Shown: positions 1 through 13,036, counted from the first letter of the stretch. The stretch is 64,000 nt of DNA from Eledone cirrhosa (GCA_964016885.1 OZ024740.1:439208001-439272000); one strand, 5' to 3'. The notes: generated by a model from the letters alone, not told the origin. Translations and numbers: made by a program.

Positions 1-275
1 GTAAAAAGGATTTGGAACTGCCATGAAGTCAAAGTGGTCCCGATTGTCATAGGCGCACTAGGTACTATCTCAAAAAGATTCCAGGGATGGTTAAAGAAAA
101 TTGGCCCCTTCACGCTTTTTGGAACGCTTCAAAAGGCATGCTTGCTGGGAACAGCAAGAACCCTCCGATACGTCCTGAATATCTGAGGCTGCAGGTAGTG
201 GCTTGATATTCATTTCAACAAACTTTCCAGTTAACTAACATCAATGACTGAGACTCAAAGAATAATAATAATACA
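1..275 (+). mobile_element. 3' end of R4/Dong-like non-LTR retrotransposon (RLE endonuclease C-terminus, 3' UTR, (AAT)n tail)
   Basis: Frame 1 (1-186) reads VKRIWNCHEVKVVPIVIGALGTISKRFQGWLKKIG...LQKACLLGTARTLRYVLNI*, the typical end of an RLE-clade ORF; followed by a short UTR and aataataataata. Confidence 0.8.
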
Positions 276-292
276 GTATTAATAATTATTAA

Positions 293-573
293 TGCACTCG
301 TGCCATGCCTGTGCGTGACGAATATTTTTAAAGTGAGGAAAGACTGTGCACTGAGCCAATCCCACTCTCTGAGCGACAGTAGCTATAACCCGAAAAGAAG
401 AAAAGATCAACATCATCGGTAACTACTGAGCCGCAGGTTTTATGTCGGAGTTAACCCAGTTTCCGGAGATGCCTTCTCCTAGAAAAATGCCCTTACAAGG
501 CCTAGGGGTTCTTCACTCCCAGTGGTTTAACTGCGCGATCGGGCATCCAGCCCGATTATTTCTATGTCCCCGC

Positions 574-575
<2 letters not shown>
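293..575 (-). mobile_element. Diverged relative of the RTE-derived non-autonomous family (middle segment), next to an A31 tract
   Basis: Shares blocks with the 2487-3092 family: atgcctgtgc, cccactctct, aaaagaagaa..tcaacatcat, ccttctcctaga. Confidence 0.55.
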
Positions 576-608
<33 letters not shown>

Positions 609-732
609 TATTGACACTTATACGTACGATATACACACACGCGCATACATATGCGCGCACACACACGGATACATACGCGCGCGCACAGCAACACTCATAC
701 ACACAAACAAACACACACACCGCTACTCACTT

Positions 733-768
<36 letters not shown>

Positions 769-904
769 TACCGTCATTACTGATACAAGATTACAAGATT
801 ATGTCAACTGTTGACTTTCAAGAGTTTTATAGTTGAAGCCGTTCGTATTACAGTCCAGTAATATTATAATTGCTTTACAGCATAGAGCTATGGCTCTCCA
901 CGCT

Positions 905-1030
905 CTGAGCTTAAATTCCGCCGTGGTCAACCTTGCCTTTCATCCCCACGGAGTCAACAAAAGGGAGTACCAGTAATGCGCTGGCCAGTCGCTGGATCCG
1001 TGCCAAAAGCAGAAAAATTATTATTATTAA
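905..1030 (+). mobile_element. tRNA-derived SINE with Nin-type central domain
   Basis: ctgagcttaaattccgccgtggtcaaccttgcctttcatcc...agtaccagt...gtgccaaaag, (ATT)n tail; homologous to copies at 17.4, 17.7, 29.9 and 32.9 kb. Confidence 0.7.
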
Positions 1031-1230
1031 AGTTGTTTTCTTCTTCTTAAGGCCCGGTCGCTGGTGATAGTGATGGCGGCGGTGGTGGTGGTGGTGGCAG
1101 TTGATTTTGTTATTGTGTTGTGTGCGTGTGTGTGTGTGTTTTGTTATTTTGAGTTTTTTTGTTTGTTTGTGGGGTTTTTTTTATATACATACATACATAC
1201 ATACATACATACATACATACATACATACAT

Positions 1231-1682
1231 GGTGGCTGCCAACTCGTTTTCGAGTACGGCCACTACTTTATATCCATGTAGGAGAACCCCTACCGAAGCG
1301 CTGCATGAGTGTGACTTTTTAGTCCAGCCAGCGACTTGAAAACTCTGGTACAAACACTACACTTGTGACAATTATTGACACATAGTGCTGGGCCCATGGT
1401 ACCATGTGAGGACAAGTGCAGAGAGATCTCCAGATATAAAGCAATGCCTGTGCCGTGAAGCTTTTATAGTGAGCAAAGGCACTGCACAAAGCCAGTCCCA
1501 CTCTCTTAACCAAGATGATATTTACCAAAAAGAAGAACAAGTCAACATCATTGGATACCATCAAGGTTGCAGGTGTTATATCAGAGTTTTCCTTCTCCTA
1601 GAATTCTGCCTTGACAAAGGCTAAGGGGTCATCTCTCCCGGTGATTTTGGATGGCCATTGACTCTTAAGAGCTCCTTTGCCC

Positions 1683-1685
<3 letters not shown>
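1231..1685 (-). mobile_element. RTE-derived non-autonomous retroelement, 5'-truncated copy
   Basis: Near-identical to 2487-3092; flanked on both sides by (TACA)n. Confidence 0.8.
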
Positions 1686-1714
<29 letters not shown>

Positions 1715-1729
1715 CATACATACATACAT

Positions 1730-2258
1730 AGGAAAACAAAATTAACAACAAACGAGGAAGAATATATTGAGACAGATGGCACTAAGGAATACTGGTGGAA
1801 CCTGAAAATAAATACTGCCACCAAATTAAAGCACAACTGGCCTGATATTGTTGTTTGGGACCACACATTGAAAACGTGTTCTGTTGTGGAGATCAGCTGC
1901 CCACTTGATGTAAAGGTTGTCATAAAAATACAGAAGAAGAAGGACATCCACGCACCAAAGATGAGGAGTTTACAAATCCAGTATCCAAGATACACCTTTA
2001 GCTTCATACCCATCATTATTGGAGCTAAGGGTTATATACCAACCCGCTTGGACCAAAGTATGACTGAACTTGGATTTGCGGACAAAAAGAGCAGCTCCCT
2101 AATTCATAGTCTACAAATGGCTGCGATAGCTGGCACCTTCAAAATTTGCAAAACATTCTTGCGATTCAAGGGATGACAATTTCTTTTCTTTTACAACCTT
2201 GCCACCAGGAAGGTGGCCAGTCAAACATTATACTCGAAATTAGAAGAAAGAGATAACA
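1730..2258 (+). mobile_element. 3' fragment of R4/Dong-like LINE (PD-(D/E)xK restriction-like endonuclease)
   Basis: ORF to 2176: EYWWN...HNWPDIVVWD...CSVVEISCP...IPIIIGAKG; begins and ends in (TACA)n. Confidence 0.85.
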
Positions 2259-2275
2259 TATATACATACATATAT

Positions 2276-2417
2276 GGTGGCTGCCAACTCGTTTTCGAGG
2301 TTTTGTTTTTAGTCCTGCAGGATGTCCAAAGCCACCCTCCTCACCAAGAAACCTTGATGGGGTTGCCAGTTTAGTCGCCAACGACCCGACCATGAGACAG
2401 GTTGTACTGGGATACAT
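2276..2417 (-). mobile_element. Internally deleted copy of the RTE-derived element
   Basis: The terminal stem-loop (ggtggctgccaactcgttttcgag) is joined directly to the 5' part (gttttgtttttagtcctgcagg...). Confidence 0.75.
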
Positions 2418-2486
2418 ACATATATACATACATACATACATACATACATACATACATGGTGGTGGCTGCATACATACATACATGGT

Positions 2487-3092
2487 GGTGGCTGCCAACT
2501 CGTTTTCGAGTACGGCCACTACTTTATATCCATGTAGGAGAACCCCTACCGATGCGCTGAACGAGTGACTTTTTAGTCCAGCCAGCGACTTGAAAACTCT
2601 GGTACAAACGCTACACTTGTGACAATTATTGACACATAGTGCTGGGCCCATGGTACCATGTGACGACAAGTGCAGAGAGATCTCCATATATAAAGCAATG
2701 CCTGTGCTGTGAAGCTTTTATAGTGAGCAAAGGCACTGCACAAAGCCAGTCCCACTCTCTTAATCAAGATGATATTTACCAAAAAGAAGAACAAGTCAAC
2801 ATCATTGGATACCATCAGGGTTGCAGGTGTTATATCAGAGTTTTCCTTCTCCTAGAATTCTGCCTTGACAAAGGCTAAGGGGTCATCTCTCCCGGTGATT
2901 TTGGATGGCCATTGACTCTTAAGAGCTCCTTTGCCCTTTGACAGGTTTTGTTTTTAGTCCTGCAGGATGTCCAAAGTCACCTTCCTCACCAAGAAACCTT
3001 GGTGGGGTTGCCAGTTTAGTCGCCAACGACCCGACCATGAGACAGGTTGTACTTGGATACATGTTACCAGTAGCACCAACTGGTGACCTGAC
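2487..3092 (-). mobile_element. RTE-derived non-autonomous retroelement, apparently full length (~605 bp)
   Basis: RTE-5'UTR-like ctaggagaaggaaaactctg motif; C2H2-like tail CHKCSVCTRVFKSLAGLKSH; 3' stem-loop ctcg-aaaa-cgag; (ATGT)n tail. Confidence 0.8.
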
Positions 3093-3446
3093 ACATACAT
3101 ACATACATACATACATACATACATACATACATACATACATACATGCATACATAGAAATAAAGAGGAAAAGAGAGAAAGAGAGAAAGAGGTAGGTATATAA
3201 TATACATGTGATTGGAGGTTAATTAAAATATGTTTGAAAACAGTGTGGATATGTTAGAAAATATGATGGATTTATTGTATATACATGTAGTAGGGTGGGT
3301 ACGAATTTACATATGTATATATGTACGTATGTACATATGTATATATGTATATATGTATGTATAAATACAAAGAGAGGAGCAATGTGTGTAAAATACACAC
3401 ACATACACACACACTCACCCTCACATATCTATGTATATGTGTGGGT

Positions 3447-3510
<64 letters not shown>

Positions 3511-3517
3511 GAGAAAA

Positions 3518-3608
<91 letters not shown>

Positions 3609-3690
3609 TATATATATATATAGAGAGAGAGAGGGTGAGAGAGAGAAAAAGAGAGACGGACAAAGAGAAATAGATAGATAGATAGATAGT
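3447..3690. repeat. Compound (TA)n/(GA)n/(GATA)n microsatellite
   Basis: Read directly from the sequence. Confidence 0.95.
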
Positions 3691-3877
3691 GAGCAGTGTC
3701 TGTTCACTTTAAAATATTAAAATATTATCTCCCCACCCAAAATTTAATTTATTTAAGCCATTCTTACATCCTCCTTTGTGGCTGCCTTATTACAGTTTGT
3801 GTTGTTGATGTATTGTTTTCTCAGTTATTACGTCTGTTATTTGACATGTTCATATTTAATCTTTAAGATGTCAGCAT

Positions 3878-3982
3878 GTACATCACGTAGAGTCTCGCGT
3901 CATAATACACATCTACATCACGTAGAGTCTCGTTTCATAACACACATCTACATCACGTCGAGTCTCGTTTCATAACACACAT
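3878..3982. repeat. 35-bp tandem repeat, ~3 copies
   Basis: Unit ctacatcacgtagagtctcgtttcataacacacat. Confidence 0.85.
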
Positions 3983-4451
3983 GCGGGTCTAATTTCATAA
4001 TTGAAAACATAAGCTCATTCTTTTCGGCTAGTCAAAGAGTATTTCAAGAACAATCTTCTTCATTTTCTATCACGCCATTCTTTTCTTTTTCTTATCATCG
4101 AGGCAAAGAGGGTGCATCTACGAGTTAGCATGACCTGCTAGAAATAGCAGCCAAATCTACTATAAATCACATCCTGCTATCTTAGACAAAGGATACGTCG
4201 GATAGTGTGGTGCCTGGTTTGTTTTACAGCACGTGTGAAATAAGACAGGCAGGAAGATCATCACCTGATCATTTGACTGATCATTGATGGCTGACCTAGG
4301 GTTATACAACAATAACAACGACCATCTCCGTTTCCCACTCTTCCCTTCTCTATCTCATTCACCATCTGTCTGGTTGATTATATGAATGTGTAGATGTATG
4401 TGTACAGTTAAATATGTACGTATGAATGTATGTATATATGTACACACACAC

Positions 4452-4480
<29 letters not shown>

Positions 4481-4483
<3 letters not shown>

Positions 4484-4625
4484 CAAAGAGGGTGTGGTAA
4501 GATACCAGGTGGACCTTAACGCACCAGAGTCCTCAATACTTAGGGTAGTAGAGTGGGTAATCACTTCGGATCTAGCTGTCGAAACGGCCGGAGCTCAGCC
4601 GTAGGAGTCCTGACTCTTTTCCTCC
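4481..4625. mobile_element. (TA)n-flanked repeat, rearranged member of the 7541/38443 family (probable PLE pseudo-LTR piece)
   Basis: 4481-4560 is the reverse complement of the tail at 7655-7733; followed by gaaa-cggc...gccg-ta. Confidence 0.6.
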
Positions 4626-4629
4626 ATAT

Positions 4630-6300
4630 ATATATATAATATATTAATAAATGAAAACTATATTTATAAAACCATATTTATTCTATTATACATATTTCAA
4701 GGGCGACCAAGGCAAATTATGGTGTGCCTTCATCAGATAAAATACAGATTTGTTTTATAAATAAATATTGACATACCCGGAAAAAAAAGACAACCTTAAC
4801 GGTTGGAGTTTCATGGATAGTGGAGATATTATAATTATTGAGGGTGATACAAAGTTATGAGTGAGTATGCAAATGAGTGTCCGAAAGGTTGAAAAGATAA
4901 CGGTTTATTTAAATTAAACTGTTGGAAGAAGATGATATGCAAGAAAGAGAGAGAAAAAAAGAAAAAAAGAAAAAAGAAGGTAGAAAGATAGAAGAGGAAA
5001 GAAAGAACGATTATATATATTGATAGTGAACATAGAGTGCATGAAGAAAATAAGTTTAAAAGGAGACATAACGTAAGTATATCTAAGTGAAAGAAGAAAT
5101 AAGATTAACATGGAAGAATAATATTTATAATGCAAGGTTCAATTACGTTTTGATTACAATATTTATAATGATAGGTTGAAAAATTAGATTAAAATTAAAA
5201 ATTAGAAATCAAAATTAAAGATTAAAATTTGCCTTAATATTAAAGATTTAATTTAATAATTTAATATTAATAATTAGTTTAAATGTGTATGTTAAGGATT
5301 ATAAATTATTTAAATAAATATATAGTATTTTAGATTAGAGAAAATCTAGTATAGTTTATTTTATTAAAAGTTGTAAGTCAAAATTAAACATCCAAATAAT
5401 TCTAAATGTATTAAAAATTTACGAGAGTTTACAAATGAATAACCACTTAGTTATATTATAAAAACAGTAAGGAAGTGTAAAGGAAGTTAGAAGTGATTTT
5501 TTAAGATCTCAGATGACTCCAAGGATGAAATATTATAAAGTTAAAAAGTTAACATTTTTTATCTTAAGAATATAATTAAAACATGAACCATATGTTATTT
5601 TATACGAAGTCATAAATTTACTTGTTATAAAGTTAAAAAATTAAAAAAAAAAATTATCTTAAGAACATATTTAAAGCATAAATCATAGGTTATTCCACAT
5701 ATATATAAAAAACCTATATATAAAAATCATATGTTTTTCCACATATATATAAACATTTGGATATATATATTAAAAACGTTTGAAGATATAAGAATATTGG
5801 AAGGTATGAAAATAATGGTTTTTCTATATCTTTCAAATGAATTTTCAAAAGATTTTTTCCTAAAACCTTCCGTAAGTTTTTTCAAGAAAAAAATTTCTTA
5901 AAGGAGTTTCAAGCAGTCATATAAAAAAATGTTATAATCTATCGATAGGTGTAATAATAGAAAGTAAATTAAATATATATGAATCAGATATATATATATA
6001 GAAAACATTAACTAAAGGAGATAAATCATATATTACATTTTATTTAAAATTTGAGTTTAAACGGTGTTTGCAGGAACTAAATAAATTATTTCGCAAATTA
6101 ATAGAGTTCCTAAATTTTAATATAAAAAATATTTCTTCAACGTTAAGTGAGCAATTTTTGGATAAAGCAGTGTATGAAGGAGCTTTGGAAATAATTTTCC
6201 AAAGTAAAGAATAGTTAATATTCTTGGATTTTAAGTCCCATAATAATTTTAAGTCCCAACATTTTTAAGCTTGTTGAATCCCAATAAATTAAATATAACC
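4630..6300 (-). mobile_element. Penelope-like element 3' fragment (GIY-YIG C-terminus, long AT-rich UTR, pLTR with hammerhead)
   Basis: Minus ~6242-6042 reads WDLKSKNINYSLLWKIISKAPSYTALSKNCSLNVEEIFFILKFRNSINLRNNLFSSCKHRLNSNFK*, which aligns by eye with the EN ends at 8421 and 19266. Confidence 0.7.
4679..4744 (-). ncRNA. Minimal type-I hammerhead ribozyme motif (degenerate stem II)
   Basis: tattttat-CTGATGA-aggc...ccctt-GAAA-tatgta-TA-atagaata; stem I pairs over 8 bp. Confidence 0.6.
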
Positions 6301-6403
6301 TCTGCATATATGTATATATATATATATATATAAAGAAAAAAAGATGAAATCGAAAATGCAACTGGAGTCTTATTTTTAAAAAAATATATATATTTATTTG
6401 GTT

Positions 6404-6440
6404 CCTTTACCGGTTTCGCAGTTCTTCTGCTTTTCAAAAG
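6404..6440 (-). ncRNA. Hammerhead motif, U3-A8 core variant (mirror of 7342)
   Basis: Reverse complement reads ctt-TTGAAAA-gcag-aagaa-ctgc-GAAA-ccgg-TA-aagg. Confidence 0.55.
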
Positions 6441-7341
6441 TAGAGTTGAGATGGAGGGTCTGTGATTTTTCTCACATCTGGTTGGTTTCTGAATGTTACT
6501 TGTTTTATATGGAAAAAAGTGGCTCGAAATGCCAGGTTTTTAGAGAAGTAATTTGATTGGTTGGTCAATAATTATAATAAATTTCGCGCCAGTTGGCGTT
6601 ACAAAGTTCTTCAAACAAGTGCACAGGTTGTTTTTTTCATGTATAAGTGTTTGAATTTCTTTTTACTTAAAAAAAGGGGGCTCACGAAGGCTTTTTTTTA
6701 ATAAACGTAATTTGATTGGTTATAAATGAAATTATGCTGTCACGTGAACAAGTTTTCATTAAATTTTCGCGCCCTTATTTGGAAATCTATTCTGTAGCTT
6801 TTTTTAGAGAATTTTATGAGAAGCAAAAGATAATGGTCAGTCAAGAGAAATGGGATGGGAGATTTGTTCTGGTTCAGTGAATATGGTTAGTTCGCTGGGG
6901 TGTCAGAATTCAGATGTTCTATTGAAGCAAAGAAAGTAAAGATTTTTTGCTTGTCATAAAATTCTGTAAAAAGGCTACAGAATAGATTTCCAAATAAGGG
7001 CGCGAAAATTTAATGAAAACTTGTTCACGTGACAGCCATAATTTCATTTATAACCAATAAAATTACGTTTATTTAAAAAAAGCCTTCGTGAGCCCCCTTT
7101 TTTTAAGTAAAAAGAAATTCAAACACTCATATATGAAAAAACAACCTGTGACCCCCCCCCCTCTTGTTTGAAGAACTTTGTAACGCGAACTGGCGCGAAA
7201 TTTATTATAATTATTGACCAACCAATCAAATTACTTCTCTAAAAACCTGGCATTTCGAGCCACTTTTTTCCATATAAAACAAGTAACATTCAGAGACCAA
7301 CCAGATGTGAGAAAAAACACAGACCCTCCATCTCAACTCTA

Positions 7342-7378
7342 CTTTTGAAAAGCAGAAGAACTGCGAAACCGGTAAAGG
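7342..7378 (+). ncRNA. Hammerhead motif, U3-A8 core variant
   Basis: ctt-TTGAAAA-gcag(aagaa)ctgc-GAAA-ccgg-TA-aag; palindromic stem III ACCGGT. Confidence 0.55.
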
Positions 7379-7509
7379 AACAAAATAAATATATATATTT
7401 TTAAAAAAATAAGACTTCAGTTGCATTTTCGATTTCATCTTTTTTTCTTTATACTTTCACTCGTGTAGGACACCACGGTTATTTTTCATTTTGTAAAAAG
7501 AAACCTCAC

Positions 7510-7540
<31 letters not shown>

Positions 7541-7733
7541 GGAAAAAGTATGACCCCGACGGCAGAGCTCAAGCCGTTTCTACGGCTATTTCTGGTCCAG
7601 AAATAGCCGTCGCAACGACTTGAGCTCTGCCGTCGGGGTCATACTTTTTCCTATTTCCCACTCTACTACCCTAAGTATTGAGTACTCTGGTGCGTTATGG
7701 TCCATCTGGTTCCTTACCACAATTCCTTTGTTA
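7541..7733 (+). mobile_element. (TA)n-flanked element: 112-bp near-perfect hairpin plus unique tail
   Basis: ggaaaaagtatgaccccgacggcagagctcaag...cttgagctctgccgtcggggtcatactttttcc; second copy at 38443. Confidence 0.75.
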
Positions 7734-7746
7734 TATATATATATAT

Positions 7747-9913
7747 AGGATAAAAGAGAAAACACAGATAAGCATTAAAAATAGGATTTTATCCAGGTAT
7801 TTACGACCGTTTCATTGGTAAGTGCAACCTTATATTGCTATACTGCAAATAGCAGCCACTCAATAATAATTGTTGTTCACGTCCAACTTTTCAAAATAGT
7901 GAATAAGTTACTCTTAAAAAGTTCTTAATATATAGAAAAACATTTTTTGGGAATTTTATTTACTAGTATAGAGAGAGAGGAATAGGAATTAGAAAGTGGA
8001 TTGACAAACGGAGTAGTATAGAGAGAGAGAGGAATGGGTAGAAGAATTAGGAAGTAAAGTGACAAACTGAGATGGAGGGAGGGGTAGAGGTGGAAGGATT
8101 CCTTTTTGATTCGTAGACTTCATGTCGTCGATTTACAGTGGAGGGAGTTAAAGAGAATTAAATTGTTTATAGTGGGAGGGATGGAGATAGAGAGATAAAT
8201 ATATATATTTAAAAAAAATAAATAAAGAGGGGGCGGGGGAAGAAAAGAAAAGATAGCAAAAAAGGGAGAGAAGAAAGGAAGAAAACGAAAAGAAGAAGAA
8301 AATGAATGAAGGAGGAGGGAGGGATATAAGTATTGGTTTTTGCGGGTAATTAAAGGATTTAGATACAATAAGAGGGTAGAAAGTCTAAGTATATGCAGTT
8401 TGTCAGGTGGTAGTAAGAGGTTAAGGGTTCGATTTGCACTTGTAGTGCGAAAACTTTTCTTTGAGTCTATGGTTACAATAAATTGATCTTTCGATTTTAT
8501 TGTTGAGTAACTTATTCTTCGAACTCAAAATGTGGAACAGCTCAAGGTCCCATAACCGACAGCTTCTCATACCACTCCGATATGGGGGCGCGTTCGATAT
8601 TTTTTTCCACTTCAGGGTGTATTGATGGTTACTTTCCCTCAGTTGCCAGGTCTTGTTCGCAAGGGTAGTTACTTAACGATGCTGGGAATGTTTCATTGCA
8701 TAACGGTGTTTATACCAACGAGCTTTAAATGTATTCCCAGGCGCTCCGATGTAATACCGTTTCTGGTTGTCTGATTCTACTGTGCATTGGTAAACCAGGT
8801 TAGACTGCATACATTCGTTATGTAATGGACAGGTTTCAGGTAGGTGGCAATTACAATTCTTGTAATGGGCAACTTTGGCATTATTGGTGGGCTCCGATGC
8901 CTGTACAATTGTCTTACGTTTTGTTTGCCTATTAGTGGGTAGTTGTGTATTAGATATTATGTTGTGTTCAATGGTAATTGTATTGTTAGTGTTATAAATT
9001 TGTGTTCCGGTGTTGTTACGTATCTATGCGTGCCTCTATGTTTGGTGCCGTGGAGTAAGATAGTCTAATAGATTTAGCGTTAAGGATTTTGCTGTATCTA
9101 TGTGAATTCGGAAAGTGCTTATTTATTATTCTAAAGAAGGTAGAGGGTAGGTTAGTACTAATAGAGGTGTTAAATATGGGGTTATACCAAATATATTTTT
9201 ACTGCGTGACCTGTTTGATTTTGATGTTGTATTTTTATTTTCAGTATAATTTGTAGTTCTATGCGTAAATGCGTGTGTGCGTGTGTTTCTGGAGTTTGTG
9301 TTATGCGTGTTCGTGTGTGCTTTGCGGAGGCTCTCATCTATATATTCTACTCTATCTAAGTGGCCTGCCTTGTCTAGTGCGGTATTGTAATACTCCGCGT
9401 GTTCCTCGAAGATTTGTGGGTTAGACGAGAGGCGGGAGATCCTAAGGGATATGCTGCGTGGAACGGATTTAATTATGGATAGTGGGTGGTTCGAATTACA
9501 GTTGATGTATGCTAAGTTTTCATTAATCTTGTGAAAAGGTCTTATAAGTCCCGTATTTAGGTTAAGCGTCGCGTTTAGAAAGTTAACTATTTTAGTGCTA
9601 TATTCATTCGTTATGCTAAGGCCTAGTTTTCCGAGAGTCTTTCTAATATTCTTACGCAGTCTTTCTATGCTCTGGTTATTTAGATTCTTAACTAGGAGAA
9701 GGGCGTCGTCTCTGTATATTCCACCGTGAAAGTCGCTAAACTCCCTCTGTAAACTATGGACTATGTAAATTCCTACTAAATCTGTGACTTGAGCCGAGTC
9801 ATTAGCCCCATCGTGATGTCAAAGTTATTTAATCTATCCTTACGTTCCCAATAGGCGTTTTCAAATTTAATTATTGTTTTCCTAGCAGCTAATATAATTT
9901 TTATCTCGTCGTC
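7747..9913 (-). mobile_element. Penelope-like element, 5'-truncated and degenerate: RT C-half, CxC linker, C-terminal GIY-YIG EN, 3' pLTR
   Basis: Minus strand: FDITMG (~9815, frameshift after it), GGIYRDDAL (~9700-9725), CNCHLPETCPLHNEC, NLVYQC...YYIG, CNH; ORF ends at 8421; internal stop present. Confidence 0.85.
7798..7898 (-). ncRNA. Hammerhead motif, U3-A8 core variant with long stem-II insert
   Basis: tatt-TTGAAAA-gttgg...(~64 nt)...ccaat-GAAA-cggtcg-TA-aata, at the 3' end of the PLE. Confidence 0.5.
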
Positions 9914-12900
9914 TGTCAGGTCAGAATTGAGGACCTGCTGTCAGGTAGAGCTTTTCTGGTTGACACAGGTGCAGCTTGTTCCGTATGGCATGTGTGTTGT
10001 ATGAAGGAGACTCCCCCTGAGACGCCTATTGAGTTGCAGGCAGTAAATTGTTCGCCGATTCGAACTTTCGGACAAATCTCGTTACCTTTGCAGTTTCGTA
10101 ATCTGCGGCGCGAGTTTAAATGGATATTTACTGTTGCTGCCTTGCCGTATCCGATTCTAGGCGCGGATTTTCTCCACCATTTTTCATTGACGGTGGACCT
10201 TCGTGGTAAACGCCTAATTGATGGCATCACGGGATTAACTGTTGTTGGCAAGGCAGCAGGAGTTCCAACGGTTAGCCCGATATTTTTTCTTGCTAACACC
10301 GGTGATCCTTTCCATGCGTTGTTGAACTCGTTCCCGCAACTGACACAGGGGAATTTTCGATTTGATGAACCTACTCATACCACGGAGCACTTCATATCTA
10401 CAACTGGTGCTCCCGTTTTCTCTGGCCCTCGTCGCTTGCCTCCGGACAAACTCAAAGCAGCACGATCAGAATTTGATCATATGCTGCAAATGGGGATTAT
10501 TCGTCCGTCCACGAGCCCGTGGGCGTCCCCATTGCACATGGTACCGAAAGCGAATGGCGATTGGAGACCTACTGGAGATTATCGACGCCTGAATTCGATA
10601 ACGGTACCGGACCGTTATCCTATCCCTCATCTGCAAGACTTTGCGCCTTCGTTGCAGGGATGCAAGATATTCTCCAAACTGGATTTAATTCGTGCGTACC
10701 ATCAAATTCCTGTCCATAAAAATGACATTCCAAAAACGGCTATTGTTACGCCATTTGGGTCTTTCGAGTTTTTGACTATGCCGTTCGGATTAAGGAATGC
10801 CGCTAGTACTTTTCAGCGGTTTATGGATGAGGTTACTCGCGGCCTCGATTTCGTCTATACCTATATTGACGATCTGCTCATTGCTAGTTCTTCTCCAGAG
10901 CAGCATACGCACCATTTGAATCTTCTTTTCCGCCGATTGAAGGCGTATGACGTGCAGCTTAATGCACCCAAATGTGTTTTTGGTGCTGAGTCACTGACTT
11001 TCTTGGGTCACGTCATCGATGCTGATGGAATTCGACCCCGGCCTGAGCGAGTTAAGGTCATAGAGGATTTGCCTCCACCGACCTCACTACGTCAGTTACG
11101 CCAGTTCTTAGGTCTGGTTAACTTTTATAGGCGTTTCGTGCCAAATTGTGCCAAGTTGCTTTTCTCCCTGACAGAAATTTTGAAAAATTGTCGGAGGAAG
11201 AACAAAGATATTTCTTTGACAGACACTCAACTTGCTGATTTTCAGCACGGCAAAACTGTTTTGGCTAATGCTTCGTTACTGACTCACCCGGTACCCGGTG
11301 CAAAGCTAACGCTTTGTGTTGATGCATCGGATATCGCTGTGGGCGCAGTACTACAGCAAAACATCAATGGTTACCAGCAACCGCTGAAGTTTTTTTCCAA
11401 AAAGCTAAATCCTGCTGAGACGCGCTACAGCACCTTTGGAAGAGAGCTTTTAGCCATCTATTTGGCCGTGAAACATTTTTCACATGTGCTAGAGGGTAGA
11501 CAATTTACTATCCTCACTGACCATAAACCATTGACTTTTGCTTTGAGAGCGAAGGCTGATAAATACTCGCCCAGAGAGACGAGACACCTTGATTTCATCT
11601 CGCAATATACGAGTGATATCCAGCACATTCCCGGTTCACTAAATACAGCGGCCGATGCTTTGTCCCGCTTACCCGTGACAGCGACCTCGTCACCCTCTGA
11701 CATAGATCTGACTCGTTTGGCTGCGGATCAGCCTCCCCTTGAGTCACTGGATGTCACATCGCCCGAGTTTGTGAATTGCGAGATGAAATACTTGCGTCTG
11801 TCGACTGCAGTTGGCCAAATTCTCTGCGACGTCTCTTTGGACGTGCCTAGGCCCTTCGTTCCAGAGAATCATCGTCGGACCGTGTTTCTGGGATTACATT
11901 GTATCTCGCATCCAGGATCTTCTGCCACAGCAAAGCTCATATCAGCTATATTTTTCTGGCCAAATATGAGGCGTGAAATTGCTGCTTGGTGCCGTTCCTG
12001 CGTCGCTTGCCAGAAATCAAAGGTCCATCGACACGTCAAGGCTCCCCTGGGTACCTTTGCCAACCCAGATGCGCGTTTTTCGCATATTCATATTAACATA
12101 GTGGGACCTTGGCCTGTCAGCGATGGTTTTTCTTATCTACTTACCGTCATTGACCGTTTTTCGAGATGGCCTGAGGCCATCCCCTTGAAAAACATCACCG
12201 CGGAGACAACAGCACGTGCTCTTGTGTCTGGATGAATCTCTCGTTATGGAGTTCCATCCACAATAACTACCGACCGTGGACGACAGTTCGAGTCGAGCCT
12301 TTTCCTCGAGCTGTCAAAAATAATTGGTGCTAAACGCATTCGAACTACGGCATACCATCCCGCTTCGAATGGTATGGTGGAGCGTTTTCACCGCCAACTG
12401 AAGGCCTCCTTAATGGCCTCAATGGACTCGGCGCATTGGAGCGAGTACCTCCCTATTGTGCTACTAGGGATTCGGTCAACGGTGAAGGTCGACTTTGGAT
12501 TTTCACCGGCCGAAGTACTGTACGGTGCCCCTCTGACGTTGCCCGGGCAAATGCTTGCCCCTATCGATCTTGATGCCCAAGATCACGCTTCCTACGTGTC
12601 CCGTTTGCGCTCCTATTTCCAGGATTTGCCGCCAATGGACACTAGGAAACAATCTGTCAAGACTGCTGTCCCGAGGGATATTGCCTCGTGGACGCATGTC
12701 TTTGTAAGGAATGAGACGGTGAAGCCCCCGCTCACACAGCCTTACACTGGACCTTACCGTGTCTTAGCGCGCTCGGCTAAGCATTTCACGTTAGATATTA
12801 AGGGGTCCAGGGTGACAGTTACATTAGACAGGCTTAAGCAGGCGCACCTTGATACGGACGCTGTGGTTCCTGATCCACGAACCCCTTCGTATTTGCCTGT

Positions 12901-13036
12901 TGAGCGAACGACTGTTCCTGATCCACCATTATCGCCTGTCCCTACACCACCACTATCGCCACGTTACAAGACCACGACCCGTTCAGGTCGTAGGGTCCAC
13001 TGGCCCAAAAAACTTTGCAGCACCGTCTATATTTAG
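9914..13036 (+). pseudogene. pol: Gypsy pol polyprotein with one in-frame TGA (12233-12235)
   Basis: FLVDTGA (PR); MPFGLRNA and YIDD (RT); DASD and TDHKPL (RNase H); [27 protein letters not shown] (IN); PYTGPY; the frame continues across the stop. Confidence 0.92.

Larger units (their letters stand above)
6331..7515. mobile_element. Fold-back: inverted pair of ~500-bp PLE pLTR-like units with a ~110-bp spacer
   Basis: 6331-6832 is the reverse complement of ~6942-7452; (TA)n flanks; truncated copies at 33553, 34081 and 36052. Confidence 0.85.

Noticed and set aside
12233-12235. Programmed readthrough or selenocysteine at the pol TGA
   Set aside because: It falls at a conserved Trp codon inside integrase, so a TGG>TGA mutation is simpler; no SECIS recognised.
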